A DNA stretch of 61,490 nucleotides, from assembly GCA_035544015.1 (NCBI GenBank), contig DATKIP010000113.1:1-61490 (forward strand), written 5' to 3'. The translations under genes were made by a program, and so were the position numbers. The stretch is from Candidatus Saccharimonadia bacterium. Lineage in GTDB: Bacteria; Patescibacteriota; Saccharimonadia; UBA4664. Shown here one piece after another: positions 16,740 through 24,659 of this stretch; position 1 is the first letter of the stretch; every line of letters begins with the position of its first letter. Below the pieces are notes generated by a model. It searched no databases and was not told the origin of the DNA. It saw only the letters and a program-made list of their open reading frames with translations.

Positions 16740-17525
16740 TCACACCAGCATCCCCGTACGCGCCTGCCACTCTGGTGGAACCAGCGGGGGCGCCGGGATG
16801 ATGAGCTTGTACCGATGCCGCTGGCCCAGCAGGCTGTCGTTCAGGCTCTCGACGTTCTCCTGGTTGATTCTTGACCAGTCGTCGTGCTCGGCGCTGATCG
16901 TCTTGCCCGTCAGGCCCTTCGTCTCGGAGCTCAGCAGGCGCAGCACGCACGCTACCGCGCGATCCTTCTCGGGGCTCGGAGCATCCAAGTGGCCAGTCAT
17001 CGGCGTCGGCACGTACCCAGGCGCCACGCAGTTGACACTGACACGCGCCTGTTCCTCGGCCATCGTCTCCATCAGGCTCACCACGCCGGCCTTCGAGGCT
17101 GCGTAGGCCGAGCGGCCAGCGTACGGACCGAATGCCCCACCACCGGAGAACAGCAGGATACGGCCGTCTTCGGACTTCAGGAGATACGGTAGCACCGACT
17201 GTACGACGTGGAACGTCGCCTCCAGGTTGACCGTGATGGTGCGGACCCAGTCCTCGGCGTCCACATCGCCGACCCAGCCTTCCGGGCCGTACGTCGCGGC
17301 GCAGTGCACCAACGCGTCGAGCGGGTGGCCGAACTTGTACGCGTTGCCGATTCGCCCGGCCTGGTACTTCGAGACGAGGTCCGTCCCGATCCAGGAGAAC
17401 CGCTCGTGCTCGATGGCGGGCTTCCGCCGAGACGTGCCGAGCACTGACCAGCTGTCCTGTAGCAACGCCTCGGCGACGGCCTTGCCGATGCCGGAGGATG
17501 CGCCTGTTACCAGTGCGTGCTTCAT
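16740..17525 (-). CDS. Short-chain dehydrogenase/reductase (classical SDR), 261 aa
   Basis: MKHALVTGASSGIGKAV carries the TGxxxGxG cofactor motif and SAYAASKAG carries the YxxxK catalytic motif. The ATG at 17525 forms an ATGA overlap with the upstream gene. Confidence 0.85.
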   Translation of the reverse strand: MKHALVTGASSGIGKAVAEALLQDSWSVLGTSRRKPAIEHERFSWIGTDLVSKYQAGRIGNAYKFGHPLDALVHCAATYGPEGWVGDVDAEDWVRTITVNLEATFHVVQSVLPYLLKSEDGRILLFSGGGAFGPYAGRSAYAASKAGVVSLMETMAEEQARVSVNCVAPGYVPTPMTGHLDAPSPEKDRAVACVLRLLSSETKGLTGKTISAEHDDWSRINQENVESLNDSLLGQRHRYKLIIPAPPLVPPEWQARTGMLV

Positions 17526-17719
17526 GCTGCCCCCTGAGCACCTAACCACCCGAATAGGCAACAAAACGGCGAGGCGATTGCCATACCAATAGCGGACCAT
17601 GTGGCGAACTGCACGGCGTCAGCGACTGGCAGTAAGAGCACGGTGAGGCCGAAGACGCTACCAAACATGACCACGACGCCAATCACTGAAGCGACTAAAC
17701 ACCACATCAGAATCGTCAT
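17522..17719 (-). CDS. Small membrane protein, 65 aa, 2 predicted TM segments
   Basis: MTILMWCLVASVIGVVVMFGSVFGLTVLLLPV... The ATG at 17719 forms an ATGA overlap with the upstream stop. In frame with track ORF 17522..17887. Confidence 0.55.
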   Translation of the reverse strand: MTILMWCLVASVIGVVVMFGSVFGLTVLLLPVADAVQFATWSAIGMAIASPFCCLFGWLGAQGAA

Positions 17720-18150
17720 GCTGAGAACGCCTCCGCTTCGGCCTTCACTGGGCCCACGAATGCCAGACACGGGTACAGCCGCTCCCAGTACGCTGCCGGC
17801 CACGTCTCGCGCGCCTCCTGGTGCGCCCTGATCCACGCCTGATACTCGTCGCTGCCCCAGGTCGCACCCTGCGCCGTCACGCACCACTCGCAGTTGCAGA
17901 TGGACGGGACGACGGCTTGCGCCTTGATCGCGGCCATCACCTTCGGGTCAGACGTCCGCGCGATCCGAGCGGCGGCAGCCTCCGGCGAGTTGAATCGGCA
18001 CTTCGGCCAGCGGGCGTGCACACGCCAGGATCGGCCCGTCTCAGGGTCCAAGATCTGCGCACCGGGGATACTGCTCGTCCACTGTGGGCCAATCAGCGTG
18101 CTTGTGGGAGTCGTGACCATCGGACCTGATCGAACCGTTATTGTCATCAT
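17716..18150 (-). CDS. Hypothetical protein, 144 aa
   Basis: Track ORF, co-oriented, with 4-nt overlaps at both ends. Confidence 0.65.
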   Translation of the reverse strand: MMTITVRSGPMVTTPTSTLIGPQWTSSIPGAQILDPETGRSWRVHARWPKCRFNSPEAAAARIARTSDPKVMAAIKAQAVVPSICNCEWCVTAQGATWGSDEYQAWIRAHQEARETWPAAYWERLYPCLAFVGPVKAEAEAFSA

Positions 18151-19955
18151 GCTGCCATCGCCGATCCGCCACCGCCCCAGCGACTCCGGTTGTACCTAGA
18201 CATGACGGTCGTCCAGTCGTGGCCTTGAGCCTGTGCCGCTCCCCGCATCAACTCCTTGGTCATCGGGTCTTGCTGCTCGTACCAGCCGCTCGCCGCGCCT
18301 TGCGGGTTCTTGGCAAACTCGTTGGCCGTGTCGTAGATCTGCTGCTCTGGCGCGCTCAGGCTGCTCCGCAAGGCGTCGCCAGTCGGAATCATGTTGGCAG
18401 CGGCCAGCGCCCAGTTGGTCACAGGCTGCTGGGTCTGTGGTGCGGCAGCCGGGGCCATCGCGCTCGGGTTCTGCATCGGGGAGAGCGCGGCGCTGTCCAC
18501 GTAGCCGGGCCGCGAGGGTGTTGGCTGTGCGTCTGCAACCCCACCCGCCGGCGCCCCGCCGGCGCCGCTGCGCAGGTAGTAGCCGCCGCTCCCGTCGCCG
18601 GCTGGCGCAGACGGCTGGCTGCCCCGTGCCTGGTACCGCGCGAGCTCGGCTGCGTCGCTCGGGTCCACTGCCTCGCCTGCGGCACGCTGCTGGGCCTGCC
18701 GCTCCATGATCTGCTGGGCACGCGCCTGCTCCTGCGGGGAGAGCGGAATCACCGTCTGTGCGGCGCCGCGAGCCTGGTATCGCTGAAGCTCTGCCAGGTC
18801 TTCGGGGGACACGTCGCCCTCATGGGCTGCCGCGAGTGCAGCCCGACGCGAGGTTATCTCGTTGAACCGAGACTGCTCGGCCGGACTGAGCGCTCCTGGT
18901 TGCGGTCCGCCGGGGGGTGGCGATGCACCTGGACGCACCTCGCCCTGGCCGGGCTGCTGGATGCCCATCTGCCCGAGCACGTTCCCGAGGCTGTTCGCCT
19001 GGGGGGTGCCGTTGAACGCCGTGTTACCCTGCTGGCCACCCTGCGTCCAGGCGAGGCCGGGGATGTTGGCCAGGTTTCCAGCGACCCCGGAGGTCATCTG
19101 CTTGTACTTGATCCAGTCGGCCGGGTTACTTGCCAGGTCGATCGCCTTCGTGGTCCAATCCAAGAGCGCCTGGTTGCCGAACTTCTCGCGCTCCAGCGTC
19201 GCCTGCCCCGTGGGCGTGTAGCCGGTCGCGGTCGTCTGGAACTGGTCGTGCTGCTCGGCAAGGTTGGCCAGGAACTGCTCGCGCTGATCGACGCGGGTAA
19301 GGTCGTACTGCCTGGCCGTCTCCGCAAGCTTGGCCCTGTCCAATCCCATCGAATCGGCGAACTGGGCGAGCTGGTCCCCTCTGGAGAGGTCGTACTGCCT
19401 GGCGCCCTCGGTCAGTTGGGACTTCTTGAAGTCCAGATCTTGCGTGAACTGCGTCGCGCGCTGTCCGAACGTCGCATCAAATTGACGTTTGCTTTCCGCC
19501 GATGCGAGATCAAATTGCCTCTTTCCCTCAGCCGTAGTCGTGTCGAACTGCCGAGCAAGCTCCTGCTGCTTGAGGGTGAACTGCTGCATCGCCTGCTGGG
19601 TGGTCGTGTCGAATTGCCGCTTGTCCTCCGCGAGTTTGGCCTGGGAAAGCTGGAGCATCCCACGGTTGTACGCGGCGTTCGCCTCGGCCGTGCCCTTGGT
19701 CACGAGGTCGCGCTGGCGTGACTGCTCAAGCTGTTGAAGCTGGATCTGGTACTGCTTGTCAGACTCGGCGCGGCGCTGGCGCTCTTGCTCGACGAACGCC
19801 TGCGTCCAGTCGTACGGGTTCTGCTGGGCAGCCGCGCTTTGATCGGGCACGCCCGTGGCACCCTGCGATCCGCGCGTGTCATAAGCCGGCGGCACGCCGA
19901 CGCTAGGATCGGTGGTGAAGGGGCGCATGTTCGCCCAGTAGCCCGGATCAATCAC
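18147..19955 (-). CDS. Gln-rich repeat-containing virion/internal protein, 602 aa
   Basis: Track ORF. Residues about 110-230 carry at least 6 degenerate repeats of the type (K/A)RQ(F/Y)D(x)n (KRQFDTTT, ARQFDTTT, KRQFDLAS, KRQFDATF, ARQYDLSR, ARQYDLTR). Confidence 0.7.
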   Translation of the reverse strand: MIDPGYWANMRPFTTDPSVGVPPAYDTRGSQGATGVPDQSAAAQQNPYDWTQAFVEQERQRRAESDKQYQIQLQQLEQSRQRDLVTKGTAEANAAYNRGMLQLSQAKLAEDKRQFDTTTQQAMQQFTLKQQELARQFDTTTAEGKRQFDLASAESKRQFDATFGQRATQFTQDLDFKKSQLTEGARQYDLSRGDQLAQFADSMGLDRAKLAETARQYDLTRVDQREQFLANLAEQHDQFQTTATGYTPTGQATLEREKFGNQALLDWTTKAIDLASNPADWIKYKQMTSGVAGNLANIPGLAWTQGGQQGNTAFNGTPQANSLGNVLGQMGIQQPGQGEVRPGASPPPGGPQPGALSPAEQSRFNEITSRRAALAAAHEGDVSPEDLAELQRYQARGAAQTVIPLSPQEQARAQQIMERQAQQRAAGEAVDPSDAAELARYQARGSQPSAPAGDGSGGYYLRSGAGGAPAGGVADAQPTPSRPGYVDSAALSPMQNPSAMAPAAAPQTQQPVTNWALAAANMIPTGDALRSSLSAPEQQIYDTANEFAKNPQGAASGWYEQQDPMTKELMRGAAQAQGHDWTTVMSRYNRSRWGGGGSAMAA

Positions 19956-20103
19956 GGCCGACCACCCCTCTCCTGTTCACGCGCAGCGTCACCGCGAAGC
20001 CGTACCCGCACATGCACCGGATGCCCCACTGCTGCTCAGCGCCGGCCATCTTGATCGGGTGCAGCATGCGACAACTCGGGCACATCGGCCACGCGATCAT
20101 CAC
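19948..20103 (-). CDS. Zinc-ribbon mini-protein, 51 aa (below the track cutoff)
   Basis: GTG/ATG at 20103/20100. Checked codon by codon: (M)MIAWPMCPSCRMLHPIKMAGAEQQWGIRCMCGYGFAVTLRVNRRGVVGRD. It has a CxxC...CxC arrangement and its stop overlaps the next gene. Confidence 0.45.
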   Translation of the reverse strand: MMIAWPMCPSCRMLHPIKMAGAEQQWGIRCMCGYGFAVTLRVNRRGVVGRD

Positions 20104-20109
20104 GCCGCC

Positions 20110-20628
20110 TCAGCCTGCCGCCGGCGCTTGGAGTCCGGCCGGCTGCCCCATGCCTTGCGATACCACGGGCTGTCCGTCTTGTTCTGGGGCGGACGTGCCA
20201 CCTTGATAGCTCTGCTCGCCCCGCGCCGCTTGCGTGACATCCTGCTCCCCCTTCTGCATCGCTTTCGGTGGTCCAGCACGGGTGTGCTTCATGGCCCAGT
20301 TCGCAATGTCCGCCTGCGTGGTGCGCCCCTCGCCCGTGGACATATCCCAGCGATCGGGATAGACCTGCTGGCTGATCTTCAAGCCGATGTCCAGCGCCAA
20401 CTCGGGCGTGAGCTCCGTAAGCCCGCGCTGCTGCATCTCCTGCTGCCACATCTGGGCCTCTTGCGCTGGCGTCTTAGCCCGCTCCCAGAATCGTCGCCGC
20501 TCCTCGTCAGGCGGCACCTCAGCAATAGCGTCACGCTTCAGCATCTCGGCAAGGTGCGGAACCAGACTCTTCCGACCCTGGACCATCGTCTCGGCCATGA
20601 TGTCGCGCGGAGCGGCTGCGTCAGGCAT
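20110..20628 (-). CDS. Hypothetical head-module protein, 172 aa
   Basis: In frame with track ORF 20110..20928. The ATG at 20628 shares a base with the portal stop (TGATG). The upstream track extension is Arg/Gly shadow sequence overlapping portal. Confidence 0.65.
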   Translation of the reverse strand: MPDAAAPRDIMAETMVQGRKSLVPHLAEMLKRDAIAEVPPDEERRRFWERAKTPAQEAQMWQQEMQQRGLTELTPELALDIGLKISQQVYPDRWDMSTGEGRTTQADIANWAMKHTRAGPPKAMQKGEQDVTQAARGEQSYQGGTSAPEQDGQPVVSQGMGQPAGLQAPAAG

Positions 20629-22766
20629 CAGACCGGCGCTCCCTGCACTGGCTGCTGCAACCCGCCGACTGACGCCTGACGCCCGGCCGCCGCGATGGCC
20701 GCGTACTGCGAGTTGGCCGGGTTCTGCATCCCCGTGGCCGCCTGGGCGCCGGGGTCCGAGCTCCCGCCCATCGGCGGATTCAGCCCGGCCGTCATGCCGA
20801 TCGGCTCGCCCTGCTGACCGGCCGCGCCGGACTGCTGCGCCCCGAACAGCGCGACCAATTCCTTGTCCCCGAGGTATTCGGCGGCGTCCTTCATGATGAT
20901 CTGGAGCGCAGGCGGCGTCTTCTTCCACCGCTGGTAAAGCAATTGCGCCATGTAGCGGTCAGGGTCTTTGACCCCAATCGCCTGGCACCAGTCCTCGTCC
21001 GTGATGGCGTCCTTCTCCCAGAACCCGAACAACTGCGCCTTGGCAGCCAGGTCGTCGCCGAGATTCTGAGGATAGGAGGCTTCGAGGTCGAACGACTCCT
21101 CGCCCTCGGGGCCGAGCCAACGCGGGTCCAATTCGATCAGCGCGCGGGTGACGCTGCCGCCGTCCGATGGCGTCTCGGGATTGCCGAGCACCACCACGTT
21201 CTTGCCGGTCTTCCTGGAGACCCCGCAGCAGACCTCAAGCTTCAGTTCCCCCACCCGGCGCCAGACGTTGAGCACCGATCGACGGATGTCGGACACCCCA
21301 GCCAGCGTATCGGCCGAGACCACGCTGCGCTCGATCGCCGAGCCCGCGTCACCGCCACCACGGGCCAGCGGCGAGACCAGATCCTGGCTGTTCGACCCGT
21401 TGAGCGCCCCGATCATCTCGTTGACGTCGCGGCCAGATCCTGGGTGTTGGGCCGGGATCATCGTCCCCCAGACTGGGGTGATCTTGAAGGGCTCGATGGT
21501 GAGCGGGTTCTGCTTGACGAACTCCATCCACGCCTGCTGCATGGCGGTGTCGCGAACGGAGTCTGGCATCTGCATGAACCAGGCGAGCATGCCCTCGGAC
21601 CAGCCGGCGTACGCCTTGCCCGTCAGGAACGCGTCGCCCGCAAGCCATGATCGCCCAAACGGGAACGTGTACGGCATCGCCCGCTTATCCGGGTCGGTGC
21701 TGAACCAGCGCCAGCCGTAGAACGGCACGACGGGCAGCGTGCGGAGGCCGCACTGCTTGTACAGGTCGATGACAGCCGCGTCCTCGAAGCCCGGCCGCTC
21801 GACGCGGGTGTGCTTGCCCGCGAGTGAATAGGCCACGTAGGGGTACAGGTTGCCGTCCGCGTCCTGGTCGGTCAGCCACGCCTGGTACAGCCAGAGGTCG
21901 CCGGTCTCCATGTCGCCTTCGGTCGTGTCCTTCGGCTCCAGATGATCGTGTAGGCCGTCGATGATGTAGTTGCGGCGCATCGCGTCAGAGGGAGCCATGC
22001 GCGTCCGCGAAATGATCCCGTCGACCGTGACGTCGGGGCCCTTGATGAGCGGGTTGATCGGGACGTACTGGAGACGAGACAGCAGTTGCGTGTCAGAGGG
22101 GAAGTTGCGGGCTCGGAGCGCCTTGACGTGGCGGTCGTACGCTCGACGACTCTGCTTCTCGTCGGTGCCGAAGTCCGCGTCAAACTTCTCTTCATCGAAG
22201 TCGTCGCCCTGCTCGTCCTTCGCCGTGTCGAGCGCGTCCTGGTACTCGTGGCCCTGCGCGTTGCGACGGAACTCCGGCTTGATCCGCTCGGCCTTGTCGT
22301 CCTCGTAGTAGTGGCCCGGCACCCGCGCAAAGCGCGCCACCTCAGGCACCTCGATGGCGCAGCCTTCGGCCTCGACCAGTGCCAATTCGGTCAGGTCGCG
22401 ATGCGAGAGCGAGCGCGAGACGGACGGGTTGCTGAACCGCTCGATGCGCGACGAGTTGCGCTCGTGGAGGTCGGACGTACCGAGCTTCGGCCGCTTCAAC
22501 TCTGGCTCGTCCTTGGTTTCCGTGCCGGCCAGTTTGTTCAGGAGCTGCATCACGCTGGTGTACTTCTGGGCAGTGTCGACGCGGAACGCCTCGCAGTCCT
22601 CGCGCTTGGCCAGCACGTCCGGCAAAGGCGCCTTCATCTCGCCGATCAGGAGCGAGCGGGCATCGGAGATCCGACCGTGCGAGCCCGTGTACCGGCCGTT
22701 GTGCTTCGTGAACAGCTCGGGGATCGCTTCGCCCACGATGTTGTGGCGGTTGGTGTACTCAGCCAT
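20628..22766 (-). CDS. Portal protein, 712 aa
   Basis: Called from size and its position downstream of terminase. The ATG at 22766 (MAEYTNRHNIVGEAIPELF) is coupled TGATG to the upstream ORF. The family call is positional, not motif-based. Confidence 0.7.
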   Translation of the reverse strand: MAEYTNRHNIVGEAIPELFTKHNGRYTGSHGRISDARSLLIGEMKAPLPDVLAKREDCEAFRVDTAQKYTSVMQLLNKLAGTETKDEPELKRPKLGTSDLHERNSSRIERFSNPSVSRSLSHRDLTELALVEAEGCAIEVPEVARFARVPGHYYEDDKAERIKPEFRRNAQGHEYQDALDTAKDEQGDDFDEEKFDADFGTDEKQSRRAYDRHVKALRARNFPSDTQLLSRLQYVPINPLIKGPDVTVDGIISRTRMAPSDAMRRNYIIDGLHDHLEPKDTTEGDMETGDLWLYQAWLTDQDADGNLYPYVAYSLAGKHTRVERPGFEDAAVIDLYKQCGLRTLPVVPFYGWRWFSTDPDKRAMPYTFPFGRSWLAGDAFLTGKAYAGWSEGMLAWFMQMPDSVRDTAMQQAWMEFVKQNPLTIEPFKITPVWGTMIPAQHPGSGRDVNEMIGALNGSNSQDLVSPLARGGGDAGSAIERSVVSADTLAGVSDIRRSVLNVWRRVGELKLEVCCGVSRKTGKNVVVLGNPETPSDGGSVTRALIELDPRWLGPEGEESFDLEASYPQNLGDDLAAKAQLFGFWEKDAITDEDWCQAIGVKDPDRYMAQLLYQRWKKTPPALQIIMKDAAEYLGDKELVALFGAQQSGAAGQQGEPIGMTAGLNPPMGGSSDPGAQAATGMQNPANSQYAAIAAAGRQASVGGLQQPVQGAPV

Positions 22767-23209
22767 CACCACTTCCCCGGACGGCCAGTATTCGGCACAG
22801 AGTGGATATGGACGCCTTCTCGGGTACAGAGTTGGCAGAATGGAGCGGTCTGGCGGAGCGGAGCAACCCACATCCCGGCGTGCGTGCTGGTCCCCCAAGA
22901 GACACACGACGCACCCTGAGTACTCACTCCCCACGATGGGGTGAGCGGCGACCCACTCGTGCTGTACAGCACGGCCACCGGCGCGTACGTTCCAGTCGCG
23001 GCCGTCAGACGTTGCCACTGCAACTGTTGCTCTCGCGCCTCGATGGCGCGGCGCGACCAGATTTCTGGGATATACCGCTCATCACACGGATCAGTGATCT
23101 TCGGAGATGCCGGCGTTGCCACCAGCGCCGGTACTTCCGAAGAGCGCACCAGCGTGCCGCCCAATGACCACGCGCCCGGCCTGACCATGCCCTGCCCGTA
23201 CTCGGCCAT
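22766..23209 (-). CDS. Hypothetical protein, 147 aa, carrying a capsid N-arm-like segment (ERYIPEIWSRRAIEAREQQL)
   Basis: In frame with track ORF 22766..23407. The ATG at 23209 is coupled TGATG to the upstream ORF. The segment resembles capsid residues YIPALWSKYVIRAREQRL. Confidence 0.5.
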   Translation of the reverse strand: MAEYGQGMVRPGAWSLGGTLVRSSEVPALVATPASPKITDPCDERYIPEIWSRRAIEAREQQLQWQRLTAATGTYAPVAVLYSTSGSPLTPSWGVSTQGASCVSWGTSTHAGMWVAPLRQTAPFCQLCTREGVHIHSVPNTGRPGKW

Positions 23210-23598
23210 CAGGCGAGGGCCTTCCGCGACACCGCAGGTAACCGAACCGATGCGCCGTGCCAGATCAGATCTCGGATGTTCGACTTGGCCATCAGCTTCG
23301 AGAAAACGAGATCCTGCCCGGCCATCCCCTTGGCGTACTTCGACCAGATCTCGGGGATGAAGTCGGCCGCCGATGCCGTATCGACCGCGAACGCCGTGTA
23401 CGACCACGTCCCAATGGTGAGGGGCTGTTCAGAGACTGCCAGGATCTCGGCGACTTCCTCCTCGGTGGGCAGCGCGATGGGGCCGCGCGGCACGCCGAAG
23501 TCCAGCCGCTCGGACGGGATGAACAGCGGCGCGGCCACGATCGACAGGCCCGTGCCGCCCAACACCTTCAGGAAGCTGCGTCGATTCATGCCAGCCAT
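23209..23598 (-). CDS. Tat-signal protein, 129 aa, with a C-terminal capsid N-arm paralogue
   Basis: (MAG)MNRRSFLKVLGGTGLSIVAAPLFIPS is a textbook twin-arginine signal (RRxFLK plus an h-region). The C-terminal roughly 53 aa AADFIPEIWSKYAKG...HGASVRLPAVS align with capsid residues 14-62. The ATG at 23598 is coupled TGATG to the upstream mini-ORF. Confidence 0.65.
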   Translation of the reverse strand: MAGMNRRSFLKVLGGTGLSIVAAPLFIPSERLDFGVPRGPIALPTEEEVAEILAVSEQPLTIGTWSYTAFAVDTASAADFIPEIWSKYAKGMAGQDLVFSKLMAKSNIRDLIWHGASVRLPAVSRKALA

Positions 23599-23714
23599 CA
23601 GTCGCTCATGATCTCCAGGAACTGGTCCCAGGTCACCAGTCCCGATCGCCACACCTGCCGCAGTCGCTCGGCGTCAGCGCGGTAGTTGAAGAACCACGCC
23701 CAGTAGTTCACCAC
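23598..23714 (-). CDS. Mini-protein, 38 aa (below the track cutoff)
   Basis: GTG at 23714/23711. Sequence (M)VNYWAWFFNYRADAERLRQVWRSGLVTWDQFLEIMSD with high GC3. Its stop overlaps the next start. Confidence 0.45.
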   Translation of the reverse strand: MVNYWAWFFNYRADAERLRQVWRSGLVTWDQFLEIMSD

Positions 23715-23721
23715 GTCGCGC

Positions 23722-24021
23722 CTACGCACCCGTCAACCGCCTGACTCTTTGGCAAGGTTGTTCAGGGGTGCAGTCGGGGCAGGCTTTTGGCCCCCACAGT
23801 TGGCCGCACAGTCCCATCGGGTTGTCCCGCTGCGCCGGCGCATGCCGCTCGGCGTTCTCGAAGTCCCACGTCTCGGGCTTCATCAACTCGGCGTCCTGAG
23901 CCATCGCGACAGTTTCAGCTATCCACGTAGTAACCTCGTTCATCTCACGAGCGAAGCGCGGGAATACGACATACGTCATCTCGCCCGCGTGGGGGATCGT
24001 CATCTTCGGCGGTGGTCGCAT
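23722..24021 (-). CDS. Hypothetical protein, 99 aa
   Basis: Track ORF between terminase and portal. Confidence 0.6.
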   Translation of the reverse strand: MRPPPKMTIPHAGEMTYVVFPRFAREMNEVTTWIAETVAMAQDAELMKPETWDFENAERHAPAQRDNPMGLCGQLWGPKACPDCTPEQPCQRVRRLTGA

Positions 24022-24309
24022 CTACCTGACCCCGTGCTGGGCAAGATGAGAGACCAGCGCATCCTCGGCCAGTTGCTGCGCTGGAGTGGCGCCCTTCTTC
24101 GAGAACATGGCGCTGGTGCCGCATCGGTCACAGGTCCACCTCGCCCAATCGGTCGGCGGAAGTCCCGTAGGTGGCGGCGCGACAAGGTCCGGGAGTACGG
24201 CATTGAGGACGCCGAACAACTCCGCGATCCAGGAGGTGTCCCCGGCCCAGGCGTCGCTCTCGGCCAGCGCGAGTCGCTTCCTAATCTCTTCGGGCGTCGG
24301 CATCACCAC
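24022..24309 (-). CDS. Hypothetical protein, 95 aa
   Basis: Track ORF that abuts its neighbours. Confidence 0.6.
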   Translation of the reverse strand: MVMPTPEEIRKRLALAESDAWAGDTSWIAELFGVLNAVLPDLVAPPPTGLPPTDWARWTCDRCGTSAMFSKKGATPAQQLAEDALVSHLAQHGVR

Positions 24310-24659
24310 GACGGCCTCTGTCCTACGGGCACCGCATGCATGTGGATATCGGGGCGATCACACAGTAGGCAGACGAACCCCGAGGCGGATACTGCCCAGG
24401 CTTCGTGAGCCTGTTCGTGCGCTTGCAACGCCACTAGTATTCGATCCGGAGCATCGTCGAGACGACCAGGAACTCGCCGACAGCGCGGGTCAGTTGCATA
24501 CTCCCGGCGCCCGCTCTCGCAGTGGAAGCGCGCCTGTAAACGAAGGCTCACCACCCCAGATTGCCGGTCATAGTGTTCAAACCACGTATTCACCGATGTG
24601 CGGGTCCGCGCCGCGATAGGACGCACCTCAGCCAGCAGGCGGTGGATCTGGTCGTACAT
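24303..24659 (-). CDS. Hypothetical protein, 118 aa
   Basis: In frame with track ORF 24303..24683. The ATG at 24659 shares a base with the terminase stop. Confidence 0.6.
   Translation of the reverse strand: MYDQIHRLLAEVRPIAARTRTSVNTWFEHYDRQSGVVSLRLQARFHCESGRREYATDPRCRRVPGRLDDAPDRILVALQAHEQAHEAWAVSASGFVCLLCDRPDIHMHAVPVGQRPSW

Noticed and set aside
16723-17541. A 328-aa minus-strand ORF 16555..17541
   Set aside because: Most of it overlaps the SDR gene in another frame and is Arg/Gly-rich. Only the last 55 codons (16555..16722) look coding.
22767-23018. An 84-codon N-terminal extension of the portal ORF (track start 23018)
   Set aside because: It overlaps the coupled upstream ORF 22766..23209 and is Arg/Cys/Pro-rich. 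The internal ATG at 22766 forms a TGATG junction with that ORF and begins a normal-looking sequence (MAEYTNRHNIVGEA).
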